DNA of 64,000 nucleotides, from contig NC_058368.1 in the NCBI RefSeq assembly GCF_018350175.1, positions 13,144,001 through 13,208,000 of the forward strand, written 5' to 3'. The position numbers and the translations under genes are program-made. The notes beneath the pieces were generated by a model. It worked only from the letters and a program-made list of their open reading frames with translations. It was not told the DNA's origin and ran no database searches. Shown here in pieces: positions 11,604 to 24,681 of this stretch. Origin of the DNA: Felis catus. Its lineage: Eukaryota. Position 1 is the stretch's first letter, and each line of letters begins with the position of its first letter.

Positions 11604-13626
11604 AACTTCAGAAGTTATTTTTCTTCATTTTCTTTGTCTCATTTTGATATCTTGACCTTAAAATACCTTTTAGCACTTTTTAAAAGCATTATAGTTCTAA
11701 AGATGTGTGTGGGGGGGAAGCTTTATGTTTATATATAGTACAAAGAGTCTGTATCTTTTCTTTCATTTAAATGTGGTAGACAGAGAAAAAGATGGCTTCC
11801 ATAGTCTGTTTGCCCTATTGTTTCTCTCTGATTCCAAGATGGGATTGACTTAATCCAGGATATTCCTCCTGTGGACAGAAGGGATTGATGGTGGACTGAT
11901 GGAAGGGCAGGGCTATATCTGAAGAGGAAGAGGATATGCCAACTATAAGTGTTCATTATGTGAGTGAATTGGGTTGAATCTTTGATGCACACAGACATGT
12001 ACATATCAACACAAGATATATATACACATGCAAACATACTCAGACACAAACACACAAAGGTACACACATCCCCACAACTGTACATTTATAAACACACAAG
12101 GCAGTACTCACTGAGGGGTATTCAAACAGCAGAAGGAAATATTTAGTTCTCACTTGATACGCACTTATAACGTGGTCAGAAAAACAAGTATGCAATTATA
12201 ATTAGCTCAGCTTTCAAAATCTTGCTGTGGGGCACAAAATTTAGTAATAAAAAGGACTGGAGCTATTTTATGACCTGTTCTTTCTGATCACTACAAAGCA
12301 ATTAATTTACTCAGACGCATATACTCTAAGTCAAATGTATTGTGTAACTTTTATTTTCTCTTCCCAAGGTGAGATGATGCAAAGATATCCTTTAGAAAAC
12401 TCTCTACATGAAGGAATTTTAGGTGATAGTGGGACATCCTAGGGTTTGAAATGATATTCAAGGGGCAGATTGGAGTGAAGCATGGATGAAAATCAGGGCT
12501 TGGAAATATAAACATGGAAGTGAGCAGCATAGAACATTTTTATTAGGCATTGAAAGAACTGCTCAGAGGTATTTGAGAAACATCAGCTCAGGGAATGTCA
12601 GATAATGTTATTAAGTAAATATCACTCAAAGAATGTCAACCTTTAATGAAGACCCCTGAATGTAATTTTATTTGATTTTTAAGTGATATGCTCAAGGGGC
12701 TCTAAGTTTGTTGATCTCAGTTTGGTTTTTAGTCACATGGAAATAGATTCTCCCTCATTCATAAGCAATTATCTTCGAGAAAGGCTATGTTGACATAAAC
12801 CCAAACTACCAATCACAATTCATCTGGGGCTTGCAATAGACTCAGCAAGTGATATCAGTTGTTCTGGAATTGAATTATGAATAGAAATCAAATATAGTCA
12901 AGCTAGGAGAGGGACAAATTGAGGCAAGAGAAAGAAAAATTTATTATTACTCTATGGCTGATTTCTTCATGCCATGAAGGTATAACCTATTTTTGAATTG
13001 TTAATAGTTAATTAGTGACTCCCCTTTGAAGTCTTGGGTTCTAGAGGCAGGTTTTTGCACTGGCATCAATAGTTACCATTTATGTTGGACTACATGGTGA
13101 GTTTTTCTTCTACCTTAAACAATTATCACTCAGGGGAAAGAGGAGTTTCACATTACAAGGTACTGCCTCAATTACTTATTTTGAATAATAAAGACATTTG
13201 GGACCCATAGGCTTGAAAATACCTTAAGGCATGCTAATTTTGAAAACTTTTTGAGCTCAGCTGACAGAACTGATGAAAAAAAAAAGGTAAAATTTTGACA
13301 CAACCTTGGTTATATCCTTGTTTGTATGACCAAGTAATTTCAAGTTTTGAATGTAAGGAAGACTTAAAGTTTTAAAGGTTATTTTGGGAGCAATACAGTG
13401 GATATATATGCAAATAAATGCCTATAAGACAAATAAAAAAGTATATATTCCTGAAAAAAGTACACTGGGTACTCGTGGCTTGGGATGAGATTTTCACTGA
13501 TGGCACCTACGCAAATTAAAAATAACTATCTCTCAGTCAATTTAGATTGTAAAACAGATGATGGACTCTGGAAAACGGTTAGAATCTGAAAAGTGAATCA
13601 AATGAGGGTGAGAGTGAATCAAATGA

Positions 13627-13828
13627 GGTGCCAGGGTGTCTCAGTCAGTTAAGTGTCTTGATTTCGGCTCAGGTCATGATCTTATGGTTCATGAGATTGA
13701 GCCTCATGTTAGGCTCTGTGCTGACAGTGTAGAGTCTGCTTGGGATTCTCTTTCTCCCTCTCTCTCAGCCCCTCTCCTGCTCGCTCTAGCTCTCTCTCTC
13801 TCTCTCAAAATAATTAAACATTTTTAGA
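13627..13828 (+). mobile_element. CanSINE
   Basis: ggtgccagggtgtctcagtcagttaag head, (CT)n tract, A-rich tail; aaatgagg on both flanks. Confidence 0.9.
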
Positions 13829-14411
13829 AAATGAGGGTTGGGGCAACACAGACAGGTGCATGTGAGACATTTGAATAAAATTGTTTCAAGTATTGCAAGA
13901 CTAGACAAATGCAATATTGCTAAATATATTGTAAATATGTTTTTATATATGTGTGTAAAGCTAAATGAATAAATCAGATATTGTAGATATTTATTTGTCT
14001 ATGTATATCAATAATGTTTATATTTTATTTGGCCCAAATCCTTTTTTGGGGGGGGGGTGGAGATGAAATACGGAGAAAAGCTTGCTTTTTGGCATTTCTC
14101 CAGGCCAAAAAATTGGGATAGCTACATATCTCTGAGTAATCTTTTCGACTTTCCAAGTTACCTTGTGTGCACTTGGAAGCCTGGGGTTCAGAAGGATGTA
14201 CTGCAGGGAGAGATTTGCCATATGCATGGGCTCTAGTGTCTCTCACCACTGATTCCTTGTGATTCTGGTTTTAGAAACTTGTCTGTAAGCCTAGGTCTTT
14301 CTAGATGGTATGAACATACAGTGTTTCTCACCCTGGCAAAGGAGCAAATAGGCCAGTGTCTAGGGATAATGGGATGTCTCAGGTTTTATCTTAAAAACTT
14401 GTGTAACTTTT

Positions 14412-14592
14412 TTTTTTAAGTTTATTTGTTTATTTTGAGAGGGTGGGAGGAGGGACAGAGAGAGAATCCCAAGCAGGCTCCACACTGTCAGCATAGAGCC
14501 TGACGTGGGGCTTACTCTCCTGTACCATGAAATCATGACTTGAGCAGAAATCAAGAGTTGGACGCTTAACTGACCAAGCCACCCAGGTGCCC
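14412..14592 (-). mobile_element. CanSINE
   Basis: SINEC body; TSD tgtaactttt at 14402-14411 and 14597-14606. Confidence 0.92.
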
Positions 14593-14739
14593 TTTATGTA
14601 ACTTTTAAATTATACTGTATAATAGATTTATTATTTAAAAAAAAATTTGTCGTGTTTACCTTATTTCTTCCTCTATGTCATGGTGAGGGGTTATGTGTAC
14701 CCAGTGGTGACCACACCCCAAGTTGAGAAGTATGACACC

Positions 14740-14905
14740 GGCCTGGACTTTGGAGTCAAGAAGATATTGTGTGTTGCCTACAACAGTTTGACCTTGAGTT
14801 AGTCATCTAAACACTCTGAGATTTTGTCCCCACTCAATGGGGACTTTAATGCACATCTTGTAGAGCTGTAGTGAGGATTAAATGGAATGTCAGATCTAAG
14901 AAGCA
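14740..14905. mobile_element. MIR fragment
   Basis: ggactttggagtcaag...gaccttgagttagtcatctaaacactctgag...gtgaggattaaatg. Confidence 0.6.
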
Positions 14906-16764
14906 TAATAAATATTGACTTCTTCCACCACATTAAGGTACCCTCAGAGACAGCCACTTAGAGAGACTTATTCAGGGATTTAGGCTTGTACACTCTCAGG
15001 CTTGACGTAGCTTAGATTTTAACTCCACACTGGTTCTTACAGAGATTTAGCACCAAGATTAACCATCATACACCTGGATTGGGCCCAGTGTGATCTAGAC
15101 CTCACTTTTTGGATTGAGTCCCTGGGGCTTGGGGGTAAAGCAACCTGAGAGGATGATGTGCTTACTGTGAAGAATGAGACAGTGACTGCCAGGAGCAAGC
15201 TTATGTTTGTCTTACTGGAATTTTCCCTCCCTCTTCCCATTCTGTCTCCAAGTCTCCTCAGTACTTTTATTGATCCCCTCCTTCATAGAAACTTCTTGAA
15301 GACAACCCAGGCTTGTTAATTGTCCAATCCCATTATTTCTTCTTAACCCTCATCTCATCATCCTATCTCATCTTTTTGTCAGGCTTGATGCTGTAGACTT
15401 TATAGTTTTGAAATGTTTCTCCTTCGATTTCTGCAGAATTTCTCTGATAGGTTGTCTTCTGCCTCTCTCCTGCCTTTTCAATAGCTTCCTCCACTCAGCT
15501 TTTAAATACCTTTATTTTGTCCTCAACCTTTTATGTTCTGACTCTTTACACTGTCCTTTGTGTACTTGTGAGGGGTTGTCAATTTCTATAAATCTGACTG
15601 ATTCTTTAGTTTCTTTTCTCCTCCAATCCATGCTCTACACTATATAGTGATTTTATTTTAAAACTAGTGTACTAGGGCTGGTGGAATATCATGTGTATCA
15701 GGGAATGACTGGGGGTATGGCTTGAGAAGTAGGCAGGGATGAAATCACGAGGCACCTTGTGCCATCGTTAATGGATCAGTCTTAACAGGATGGTTAGGCT
15801 GGGTTAAAAAACAAATCCTGCAGTCTTATTGGCTTGATATAGCAAGAATTAATTCATACCAAGCATCTTCTGCAGGTAAGCTGTGAGTTCTGCTTCACAT
15901 CACCCTCACTCTGGGACCCAGATTGCTGAAGTGGACTTTATCTGGAGCACCGTTGCCAAAGCAGACAGAAAGAGAGAGGATGGAATTGCATACTGGTTTT
16001 AAAAACTTTTGGCTAGAAATAACTTGTAGCACTTCTGACAAAATTTCATTGACTAAGGCAAGTCAGATGCCACATTCAATTTCAAGAGGGCAAAGCACTT
16101 ATTTCCAACCATGTGCCTGAAGGAGAGCTGGAAATATCTGGTGGATAGCCCTGATGACTACCTAATCCTATCACACAACACACAGTGAGTTCAATTTCCT
16201 TCTGACATGCAAAAGTATTTACTCCTCCCTAAGGGATTATGGCTCAAAAGTTCAACCAAATAACTGTATCCCACTCCAAATCTAGGTCTCTGAGTGAGGC
16301 GTTTGGTCACTTTGGCTGTGGCATATCTCCTCTTATTGCACAGTTCTATAAACTAATTAGGTAAGTTGTATCTCTCCCACATACCTATATACTACAGTAT
16401 AACATGTTATAACGTGTTATAATAGTATAACCACAATAGCAGTAAGATGGAGGAAGAATAAAGATACACATTCATCCCTGGTACACTGCACCACTGAAAT
16501 CCCCCTGGGCAAATGTTGCAACAACTCTCAACCTTGGGAATAGAGAATGTCGTGTATGATTAGGGTCTGTATGCTACTCATCAGTCTATCATTTTCTTTA
16601 GCTCTTGGCTCTTCCCCCTATGAGACTTTCTATTCCATTATCATTGTAGAGCAGTTGCTGGAGAATGCCTTCTTTGGGTGCTGCAGCATTTTCTCAGCTC
16701 ACTCCCTTCCCATTGATTTCTGAGGGCCTAAAGATCATTTTTAGTTTTAAAAATCAGTCATTTT

Positions 16765-16997
16765 GGGGTGCCTGTGTGGCTCAGTCGGTTGAGTGTCCAA
16801 CTTTGGCTCAGGTCATGATTTCGCAGTTTGTGAGTTCGAGCCCCGTGTCAGGCTCTGTGCTGACAGCTCAGAGCCTGGAGCCTGCTTCAGATTCTGTGTT
16901 TCCCTCTCTCTCTCTGGCCCTACCTCACTCGTGCTCTGTCTCTCTCTGTTTCTGAAAAATGAATAAACGTTAAAAAAATTAAAAAAAATAAAAATTT
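16765..16997 (+). mobile_element. CanSINE
   Basis: SINEC body; TSD aaaaatcagtcatttt at 16749-16764 and 16998-17013. Confidence 0.96.
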
Positions 16998-17054
16998 AAA
17001 AATCAGTCATTTTTAGTCCAGCCTACATGATTCTTTTGCTATATGATTCTCTCA

Positions 17055-17258
17055 AAATCTTAGATTCTTACCTGTTCAATTCCAGGCAGTTTTATACACC
17101 AAAAGCCACACACACAATCCTCAAGACTTGAATCTTAGTTTTCAAATCACCCAGTTTTCAAATTGAATCAAAAACTAAGATTCAAGTCTTGAGGACTGTG
17201 TGTGTGGCTCTTGGTGTATAAAACTGCCTGGAATTGAACAGGTAAGAACCTAAGATTT
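17055..17258. repeat. Long inverted repeat: 88-bp arms (17055-17142 and 17171-17258), 28-bp spacer, 3 mismatches
   Basis: Manual alignment of the left arm to the reverse complement of the right arm gives 85/88 identity with no gaps. Confidence 0.97.
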
Positions 17259-17649
17259 ATATTTGTATATAACTGGTTGATTTACTTTTTTAACCTCGTG
17301 AGCTACTACTCCGACCTCTCCTTGAGTGAAATATAGCTACCTGAGACTGTCAGGCACATGGAAAAACTCTAGGTTCTTTTCCCTGAGCCATCTTAACCAA
17401 TTGGGAAGACTTACTAGATACTACATCAGGGAAAATTTGATATTTGCCCTGAATTACTTTAATTTATCCAAAGATCTTCAAAATAGATCTGATGACAAAT
17501 CCTTAATTTACTTCCAGTACAAGGTTCAGTTTTAATGGGCCATCTTTTCTAAAAGTTCTTCTCATTTTTTTTTTTCTGTTTGCAGTTAAGAAGCAATAGA
17601 AAAATTCTCTGAATTTCTAGACCTCTCCATTTGTAAAAATATTATGCTT

Positions 17650-18203
17650 GTGTTGGCAAGGAAGAAACTTCCTATACCTTCAAATTCCTCCTAACTGGAC
17701 TAAGAGTTGAATTGACATGAGACAGAGTAACAGACAAAAATAAAATTTAGTTTCATATGATGGGGAATCCAAACACACATGAAATTCCAAAGACAGTCAA
17801 GAAAAATGAGGTACCTATATCATTCTGAACTAAGGAGAAGGGTGTACAAGTCTGGGACTTCAAAGGAAGAAATGCAATTCATAAGAAGATGAAAAAGAGT
17901 AAATGTTTGGTAAACAAATGCTTGCTGGACCACACAGACACAATGGGACATAGAGAGGAATTTTAACCAACAGACTTTCCTAAATTCCTCTTTGTTTACC
18001 ACCCCTAGTTTATATTATAATGTAGTTATCTGTGGAGATCACTCTCTTCCTGGAGCAGATTCTCAGTCTAAGTTCTTTTTAGGCAGTTAAGGGAATGGTA
18101 AAGAGCTTTTCCTGAATCTGCTAGGTTTTGATTGCTTTTAACTCAACTTAATGTTCATGCCAAGGTGGCTTATTTTGGAGCAATCTGCTCCTGGCCTTTT
18201 GCA
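17650..18203 (-). mobile_element. ERV1-type LTR (MER34/MER39-like)
   Basis: aattgacatgagacagagtaacag...cttaatgttcatgccaaggtggcttattttggag; TG...CA ends are approximate. Confidence 0.55.
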
Positions 18204-18926
18204 AATTTGTCTTCCCTTTTTCAGCTCATTTATTTCTCAGAGTACCATGTCAAGCATAGTCAACTGCAGCCAACACTCACTACTTCCTCTGTGTTTCAAT
18301 CTCTTCCCATATTACTATGACTTAATTATGTTCATGATCTCCCTAAAAAGTTAGTTTTGACTAGAATTTTCTAACTGCTTTTACCGTGGGTTACCATCTT
18401 TGTAGCTTCCAGTATCAGTTTACTCACCACAACCATCCAAGCCCTCCACTAAGCCCACCACATCTTTTCATTTTCTTTGTTATGGAATCACCTGTTTGTG
18501 GCAACAATATATGTATCTGTAAAAATAGGCAAGGTTATGCTGAGGTAAGAACCAAACACCTGATGACTTAACATGACAACAGTTTGTGGCATACCCCAAA
18601 GTCCACAAGAGATCTGGACAAAACTCTAGGACACCTGTTCTCTGGGAAATGGCTCTGTGATCCAGATGGCTTTAGTATTCTTTAGGCTTTTGCAGTCAGT
18701 GAGGCAAGAGCAGAGTGGGGAAGAGAGCTGAGTATCAGAAATAAATACTTCCATACAGGAGTGCCATGTTATTTTTGCTCGTATTTAATTGACTAAATCA
18801 AGTCAGATAGTCATGTTTAATTTTAAAGAGATGGGGAGGTATAGACTTCCCATGTGCTCAGAAGTGGAAAAGAACTGTATATGTGAACAGTGGTAATGCC
18901 TACCACAATCTGCTTTGTATTACATT

Positions 18927-18933
18927 TGTGTGT

Positions 18934-18966
<33 letters not shown>
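18927..18966. repeat. (TG)n microsatellite with one interruption
   Basis: Seen directly. Confidence 0.95.
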
Positions 18967-18968
<2 letters not shown>

Positions 18969-19239
18969 TGTATGTATGTATATTTCTCCATAGAGTGAAT
19001 GAATGCTTTAAAGACAAAATTGACCATATCTGTATCCTCACCTTTAAAACTGGTGACTGGCATATGTAAATATTCAATAGATATATTTCATACTAAAGTG
19101 CTAACAGTTCCCCAAATGTGTTATGTTATTATTTTAAAATCTTTTCCCTTCTCTTGGAATCTCCTAACTTTACTTAACCCTCAGCAGATTACTCCTCTTC
19201 TTGAATTTAGTTCAGGCATCATCTCTTCTAGACAAAATA

Positions 19240-19690
19240 ATAACTATAACTCATATTCACTGGGCACTTATTATGTACTAAGTAGTTATAATGTATTATT
19301 TAAGGTAGTCTATACAATTACTCCATGATGGAGGTCTTATTATAACCATTTTATGAATGGGAAAAGTAAAGCCCTCATGTAAGCAACTGGCCCAGGGTTG
19401 TAAATTTAGTATGCAATTGGGCTGGGATTCAAATTCAAGTCAGTCAAGATCCAAAGACTGTGGTCTTAACCATAATGTGGGCTCCTTATGATGTGACTTG
19501 GGTCCCCTGCATATGGCTCTTATTCACATTCATTATAGTGCACTGTGTTTGACTGTGTTTTTCTGCCCATTTCACCCTCCATCTGTAATCTCCTCCATTG
19601 CAGACATTATGTATTTAATGCTAGCATGGAGCATGGTATTTGTAGACATTCAGCAAATATTTGTTGAATGAATGGATTAAAGAGTGAATA
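19240..19690. mobile_element. MIR followed by a LINE2 3' end
   Basis: ccattttatgaatgggaaaagtaaagcc...gctgggattcaaattcaag (MIR); cattcagcaaatatttgttgaatgaatg (L2 tail). Confidence 0.6.
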
Positions 19691-19739
19691 AGTCACTGAG
19701 TTAAATTAGATTCTGTGACAAATTTTTACATTAGTTCCT

Positions 19740-20278
19740 ATATTAGTTTTCTGTTGCTGTGAAAAGAATTATCACACATTCAGTGGCTTAAAATAGCATA
19801 TACTTTTTATCTCCCTGTTTCCGTGGGTCAGAAGTCTGTCCAGGTCTTTTGCTCAGAGTCTCTCACAAGGCTGCGATCAGGAAGTCAGCCAAACTGAATT
19901 CCTCCCTGAGCTCATGTAGTTGTTGCAGATTTCAGTACCTTGTGGTTGTAAAACTGAGGACATAATTTCTTGCTGTCTGTCAACAGAGGGCCACTTTCAG
20001 GTTCTGGAGGCCTCCACACTTCTTGCCACATGGCCCTTTTATAAGACCTCTTACAACATGGCAGCTGATTTCTTCAGAGCTAGCAAGAGAAGCTTTTGCT
20101 CTGGTCTACTGAGAAAGATTCTTCTATAAGGTAAAAAAAAAGTCATGGAGTGACTATGCTAACACCTCTGCTATTTTCTATTGGCCAGAGGCAAGTTACA
20201 GATTTTTTCAAATTCAAGGAGACAGGATTATACAAGAATTTGATTCATTGGGGGTATCTTACAATTCTGTCTATCATA
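19740..20278 (-). mobile_element. MLT1 (MaLR) solo LTR
   Basis: tattagttttctgttgctgtg...cagtggcttaaaatagca...tctcacaaggctgcgatcagg...ctattggccagaggcaagttacag, a typical antisense MLT1F/G/H pattern. Confidence 0.75.
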
Positions 20279-20840
20279 TTTCCTTTTTCTCCTTTAAGTC
20301 TATTAATTTTCCTTTGCATATACATGTGACAGAAAAATCTTACCGTTCTCTCCCTGGTTCATTTTTTTTTTAAATCTTAAGAGTGATTCGAATACTTTCC
20401 AGATTGTGTTGGTACAATAAAACTATCCATTTCCCCTTAACAATGAGACATAACCACTGTTAATATTGAGATATAAATCCATAATGCCAACATATATATG
20501 ATATATAGAAACTCATAACTGTGTAATTTTATTTATTTTTTATTTTTATTTATTAATTTTTTTATTATTAAATTTTTAATAAAAATTTATTAAATTTTTT
20601 AATTATTAAATTTTTAAAAAATTTACATCCAAATTAGTTAGCATATGGTGCAACAATGATTTCAGGAGTAGATTCCTTAGTGCCCCTTACCCATTTAGCC
20701 CATCCCCCTTCCCACAACCCCTCCAGTAACCCTCAGTTTGTTCTCCATATTCATGAGTCTCTTGTTTTGTCCCCTTCCCTGTTTTTATATTATTTTTGTT
20801 TCCCTTCCTTTATGTTCATCTTTTTTGTCTCTTAAAATCC

Positions 20841-23800
20841 TCATATGAGTGAAGTCATATGATATTTGTCTTTCTCTGACTGACTAATTTCACTTAGCAT
20901 AATACCCTCCAGTTCCATCCATGTAGTTGTAAATGGCAAGATTTCATTCTTTTTGATTGCCGAGTAATACTCTGTTGTATATATATACCACATCTTCTTT
21001 ATCCATTCATCCATTGATGAACATTTGGGCTCTTTCCATACTTTGGCTATTGTTGATAGTGCTGCTATAAATATTGGCGTGCATGTGTCCCTTTGAAACA
21101 GCACACCTGTATCCCTTGGATAAATACCTAGTAGTGCAATTGCTGGGTTGTAGGGTAGTTCTATTTTTAGTTTTTTGAGGAACCTCCGTACTGTTCTTCA
21201 GAGTGACTGCACCAGTTTGCATTCTACAAGCAGTGCAAAAAGGTTCCTCTATTTCTGCATCCTTGCCAACATCTGTTGTTGCCTGAGTTGTTAATTTTAA
21301 CCATTCTGACAGATGTGAGGTGGTATTTCATTGTGATTTTGATTTGTATTTCCCTGATGATGAGTGATGCTGAACATTTTTTCATGTGTCTATTAGTCAT
21401 CTGGGTGTCTTCTTTGGAAAAGTTCATGTCTCTTGTCCATTTCTTCACTGGATTATTTGTTTTTTGGGTGTTGAGTTTGAGAAGTTCTTTATAGATTTTG
21501 GATACTAACCCTTTATCTGATATGTCATTTGCAAATATCTTCTCCCATTCTGTCGGTTGTCTTTTAGTTTTGCTGATTGTTTCCTTCACGGTGCAGAAGT
21601 TTTTATTTTGATGAGGTCCCAGGAATTCATTTTTGCTTTTGTTTCCCTTGCCTCTGGAGACGTGTTGAGTAAGAAGTTGATGCAACCAAGATCAAAGAGG
21701 TTATTGCCTGCTTTCTCCTCGAGGATTTTGGTGTCTTCCTGTCTTACATATAGGTCTTTCATACATTTTGAGTTTACTTTTGTGTATGGTGTAAGAAAGT
21801 GGTCCAGGTTCATTTTTCTGCATGTCACTGTCCAGTTTTCCCAGCACCACTTACTGAAGAGACTGTCTTTATTCCATTGGATATTCTTTCCTGCTTTGTC
21901 AAAGATTAGTTGGCCATACGTTTGTGGGTCCATTTCTGGGTTCTCTATTCTGTTCCATTGATCTGAGTGTCTGTTCTTGTCCCAGTACCATACTGTCTTG
22001 ATGATTACAGCTTTGTAGTATAGCTTGAAGTCTGGGATTGTGATGCCTCCTGCTTTTTTTTTTTTCAAGATTGCTTTGGCTATTCGGGGTCTTTTCTGGT
22101 TCCATACAAATTTTAGAATTGTTTGTTCTAGCTCTGTGAAGAATGCTGGTGTTATTTTGATAGGGATTACATTGACTATGTAGATTGCTTTGGGTAGTAT
22201 CGACATTTTAACAATATTTGTTCTTCCTATCCAGGAGCATGGAATCTTTTTCCATTTCTTTGTGTCTTCTTCAATTTCTTTCATAAGCTTTCTATAGTTT
22301 TCAGTGTATAGATTTGTCACCTCTTTGGTTAGATTTATTCCTAGGTATTTTATGGCTTTTGGTGCAATTGCAAATGGGATCAATTCCTTCATTTCTCTTT
22401 CTGTTGCTTCATTGTTGATGTATAGGAATGCAACCAATTTCTGTGCATTGATTTTATATCCTGCAACTTTGCTGAATCCATGAATCAATTCTAGAAGTTT
22501 TTTGGTGGAATCTTTTGGGTTTTCCATATAGAGTATCATGTCATCTGCGAAGAGTGAAAGTTTGATCTCCTCCTGGCTGATTTGGGTGCCTTTTATTTCT
22601 TTGTGTTGTCTGATTGCAAAGGCTAAGACTTCCAATACTATGTTGAATAACAGTGGCAAGAGTTGACATCCCTGTCTTGTTCCTGACCTTAGGAAAGATC
22701 TCAATTTTTCCCCATTGAGGATGGGGGAAAGATCTCAATTTTTCCCCATTGAGGATGATATTAGCATTGGGTCATTCATAAATGGCTTTTCTGATCTTGA
22801 GGTATGCTCCTTCTATCCCTACTTTCTTGAGGGTTTTTATCAAGAAAGGATGCTGTATTTTGTCATATGCTTTTTCTGCATCTATTGAGAGGATCATATG
22901 GTTCTCGCCCTTTCTTGTATTGATGTGATGATCATGTTAATTGTTTTGCGGATATTGAACCAGCCCTGCATCCCTGGTATAAATCCCACTTGGTCATGGT
23001 GAATAATTTTTTTAATGTATTGTTGAATCTGGTTGGCTAATATCTTGTCGAGGATTTTTGCATCCATGTTGACCAGGGAAATTGGTCTATAGTTCTCCTT
23101 TTTAGTGGGGTCTCTGTCTGGTTTTGGAATCAAGGTAATGCTGGCTTCATTGAAAGTGTTTGGAAGTTTTCCTTCCATTTCTATTTTTTGGAACAGCTTC
23201 AAGAGAGTACGTGTTAACTCTTCCTTAAATGTTTGGTAGAATTCCCCTGGAAAGCCATCTGGCCCTGGACTCTTGTTTTTTGGAGATTTTTGATTACTAA
23301 TTCAATTTCTTTACTGGTTATGGGTCTGTTCAAATTTTCTATTTCTTCCTGTTTCAGTTTTGGTAATGTATATGTTTGTAGGAATTTGTCCATTTCTTCC
23401 AGATTGCCCATTTTATTGGCATATAATTGCTCATAATATTCTCTTATTATTGTTTTTATTTCTGCTGTGTTGGTTGTGATCTCTCCTCTTTCATTCTTGA
23501 TTTTATGTATTTGGGTCCTTTCCTTTTTCTTTTTGACCAAACTGTCTAGTGGTTTATCAATTTTGTTAATTCTTTCAAAGAACTAGCTTCCGGTTTCATT
23601 GATCTGTTCTACTGTTTTTTTTTTTTTTTTTTTTTTTTTGGTTTTGATAGCATTAATTCTCTAATCTTTATTATTTCCTGTCTTCTGCTGTTTTTGGGTT
23701 TTATTTGCTGTTCTTTTTCCAGTTCTTTAAGGCATAAGGTTAGGTTGTGCATCTGAGATCTTTCTTCCTTCTTTAGAAAGACCTGGATTTCTATATACTT

Positions 23801-24681
23801 TCTTCTTATGACCATCTTTGCTGCCTCCCAGAGGTTTTGGGTTGTGGTGTTATCATTTTCATTGATTTCCATATACTTTTTAATTTCCTCTTTAACTTCT
23901 TGGTTAGCCCATTCATTCTTTAGTAGGATGTTCTTCAGCCTCCAAGTATTTTTTACCTTTCCAAATTTTTTCTTGTGGTTGATTTCGAGTTTCATAGCGT
24001 TGTAGACTGAAAATATGCACGGTATGACCTTGATCTTTTTGCACTTGCTGAGGGCTGATTTGTGTCCCAGTATGTGGTCTATTTTGAAGAACATTCCTTG
24101 TGCACTGGAGAAGAATGTATATTCTGCTGCTTTAGAATGAAATGTTCTGAATATATCTGTTAAGTCCCTCAGGTCCAGTGTGTCATTCAAAGCCATTGTT
24201 TCCTTGTTGATTTTTTGATTAGATGATCTTTCCATTGCTGTGAGTGGGGTGTTGAAGTCTCCTACTCTTATGGTATTACTATCAATGAATTTCTTTATGT
24301 TTGTGATTGATTTATATATTTGGGTGCTCCACATTTGGCACATAAATGTTTACAATTGTTAGGTTTTCTTGGTGGATAGACCCCTTGATTATGATATAAT
24401 GCCCTTCTGAATCTCTCGATACAGTTTTTATTTAAAATCTAGATTGTCTGATATAAGCATGGCTACTCTGGTTTCTTTTGCTGACCATTAGCATGATAGA
24501 TGGTTCTCCATCCCCTTACTTTCAATCTGAAGATGTCTTTAGGTCTAAAGTGGGTCCCTTGTAAACAGCATATAGATGGATCTTGTTTTCTTATCCATTC
24601 TGTTACCCTATGTCTTTTGATTGGAGCATTGAGTCCATTGACGTTTAGAGTGAGGACTGAAAGATATGAATCTATTGCCAT
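20841..24681 (-). pseudogene. L1 ORF2 (endonuclease/reverse transcriptase), broken by frameshifts
   Basis: ORF pieces: TLNVNGLNAPIKRHRV (EN), [44 protein letters not shown] (RT), KYLGINL, C-terminal WMELEGIMLSEISQSEKDKYHM. Confidence 0.96.

Larger units (their letters stand above)
15790..18908 (-). mobile_element. Old MaLR (MLT1) element: LTR about 15790-16165, internal-like region, second LTR about 18505-18908
   Basis: Two MLT1J/K/L-like LTR remnants in the same orientation (gttaggctgggtt...ccctcactctgggacccag; ataggcaaggttatgctgaggtaag...) flanking decayed MaLR-internal-like sequence. Contains a SINE, an ERV1-like LTR and the inverted repeat. Confidence 0.5.

Noticed and set aside
21586..22704. 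372-aa ORF, the longest in the window
   Set aside because: Fragment of L1 ORF2 reverse transcriptase, not a host gene or a novel RT system.
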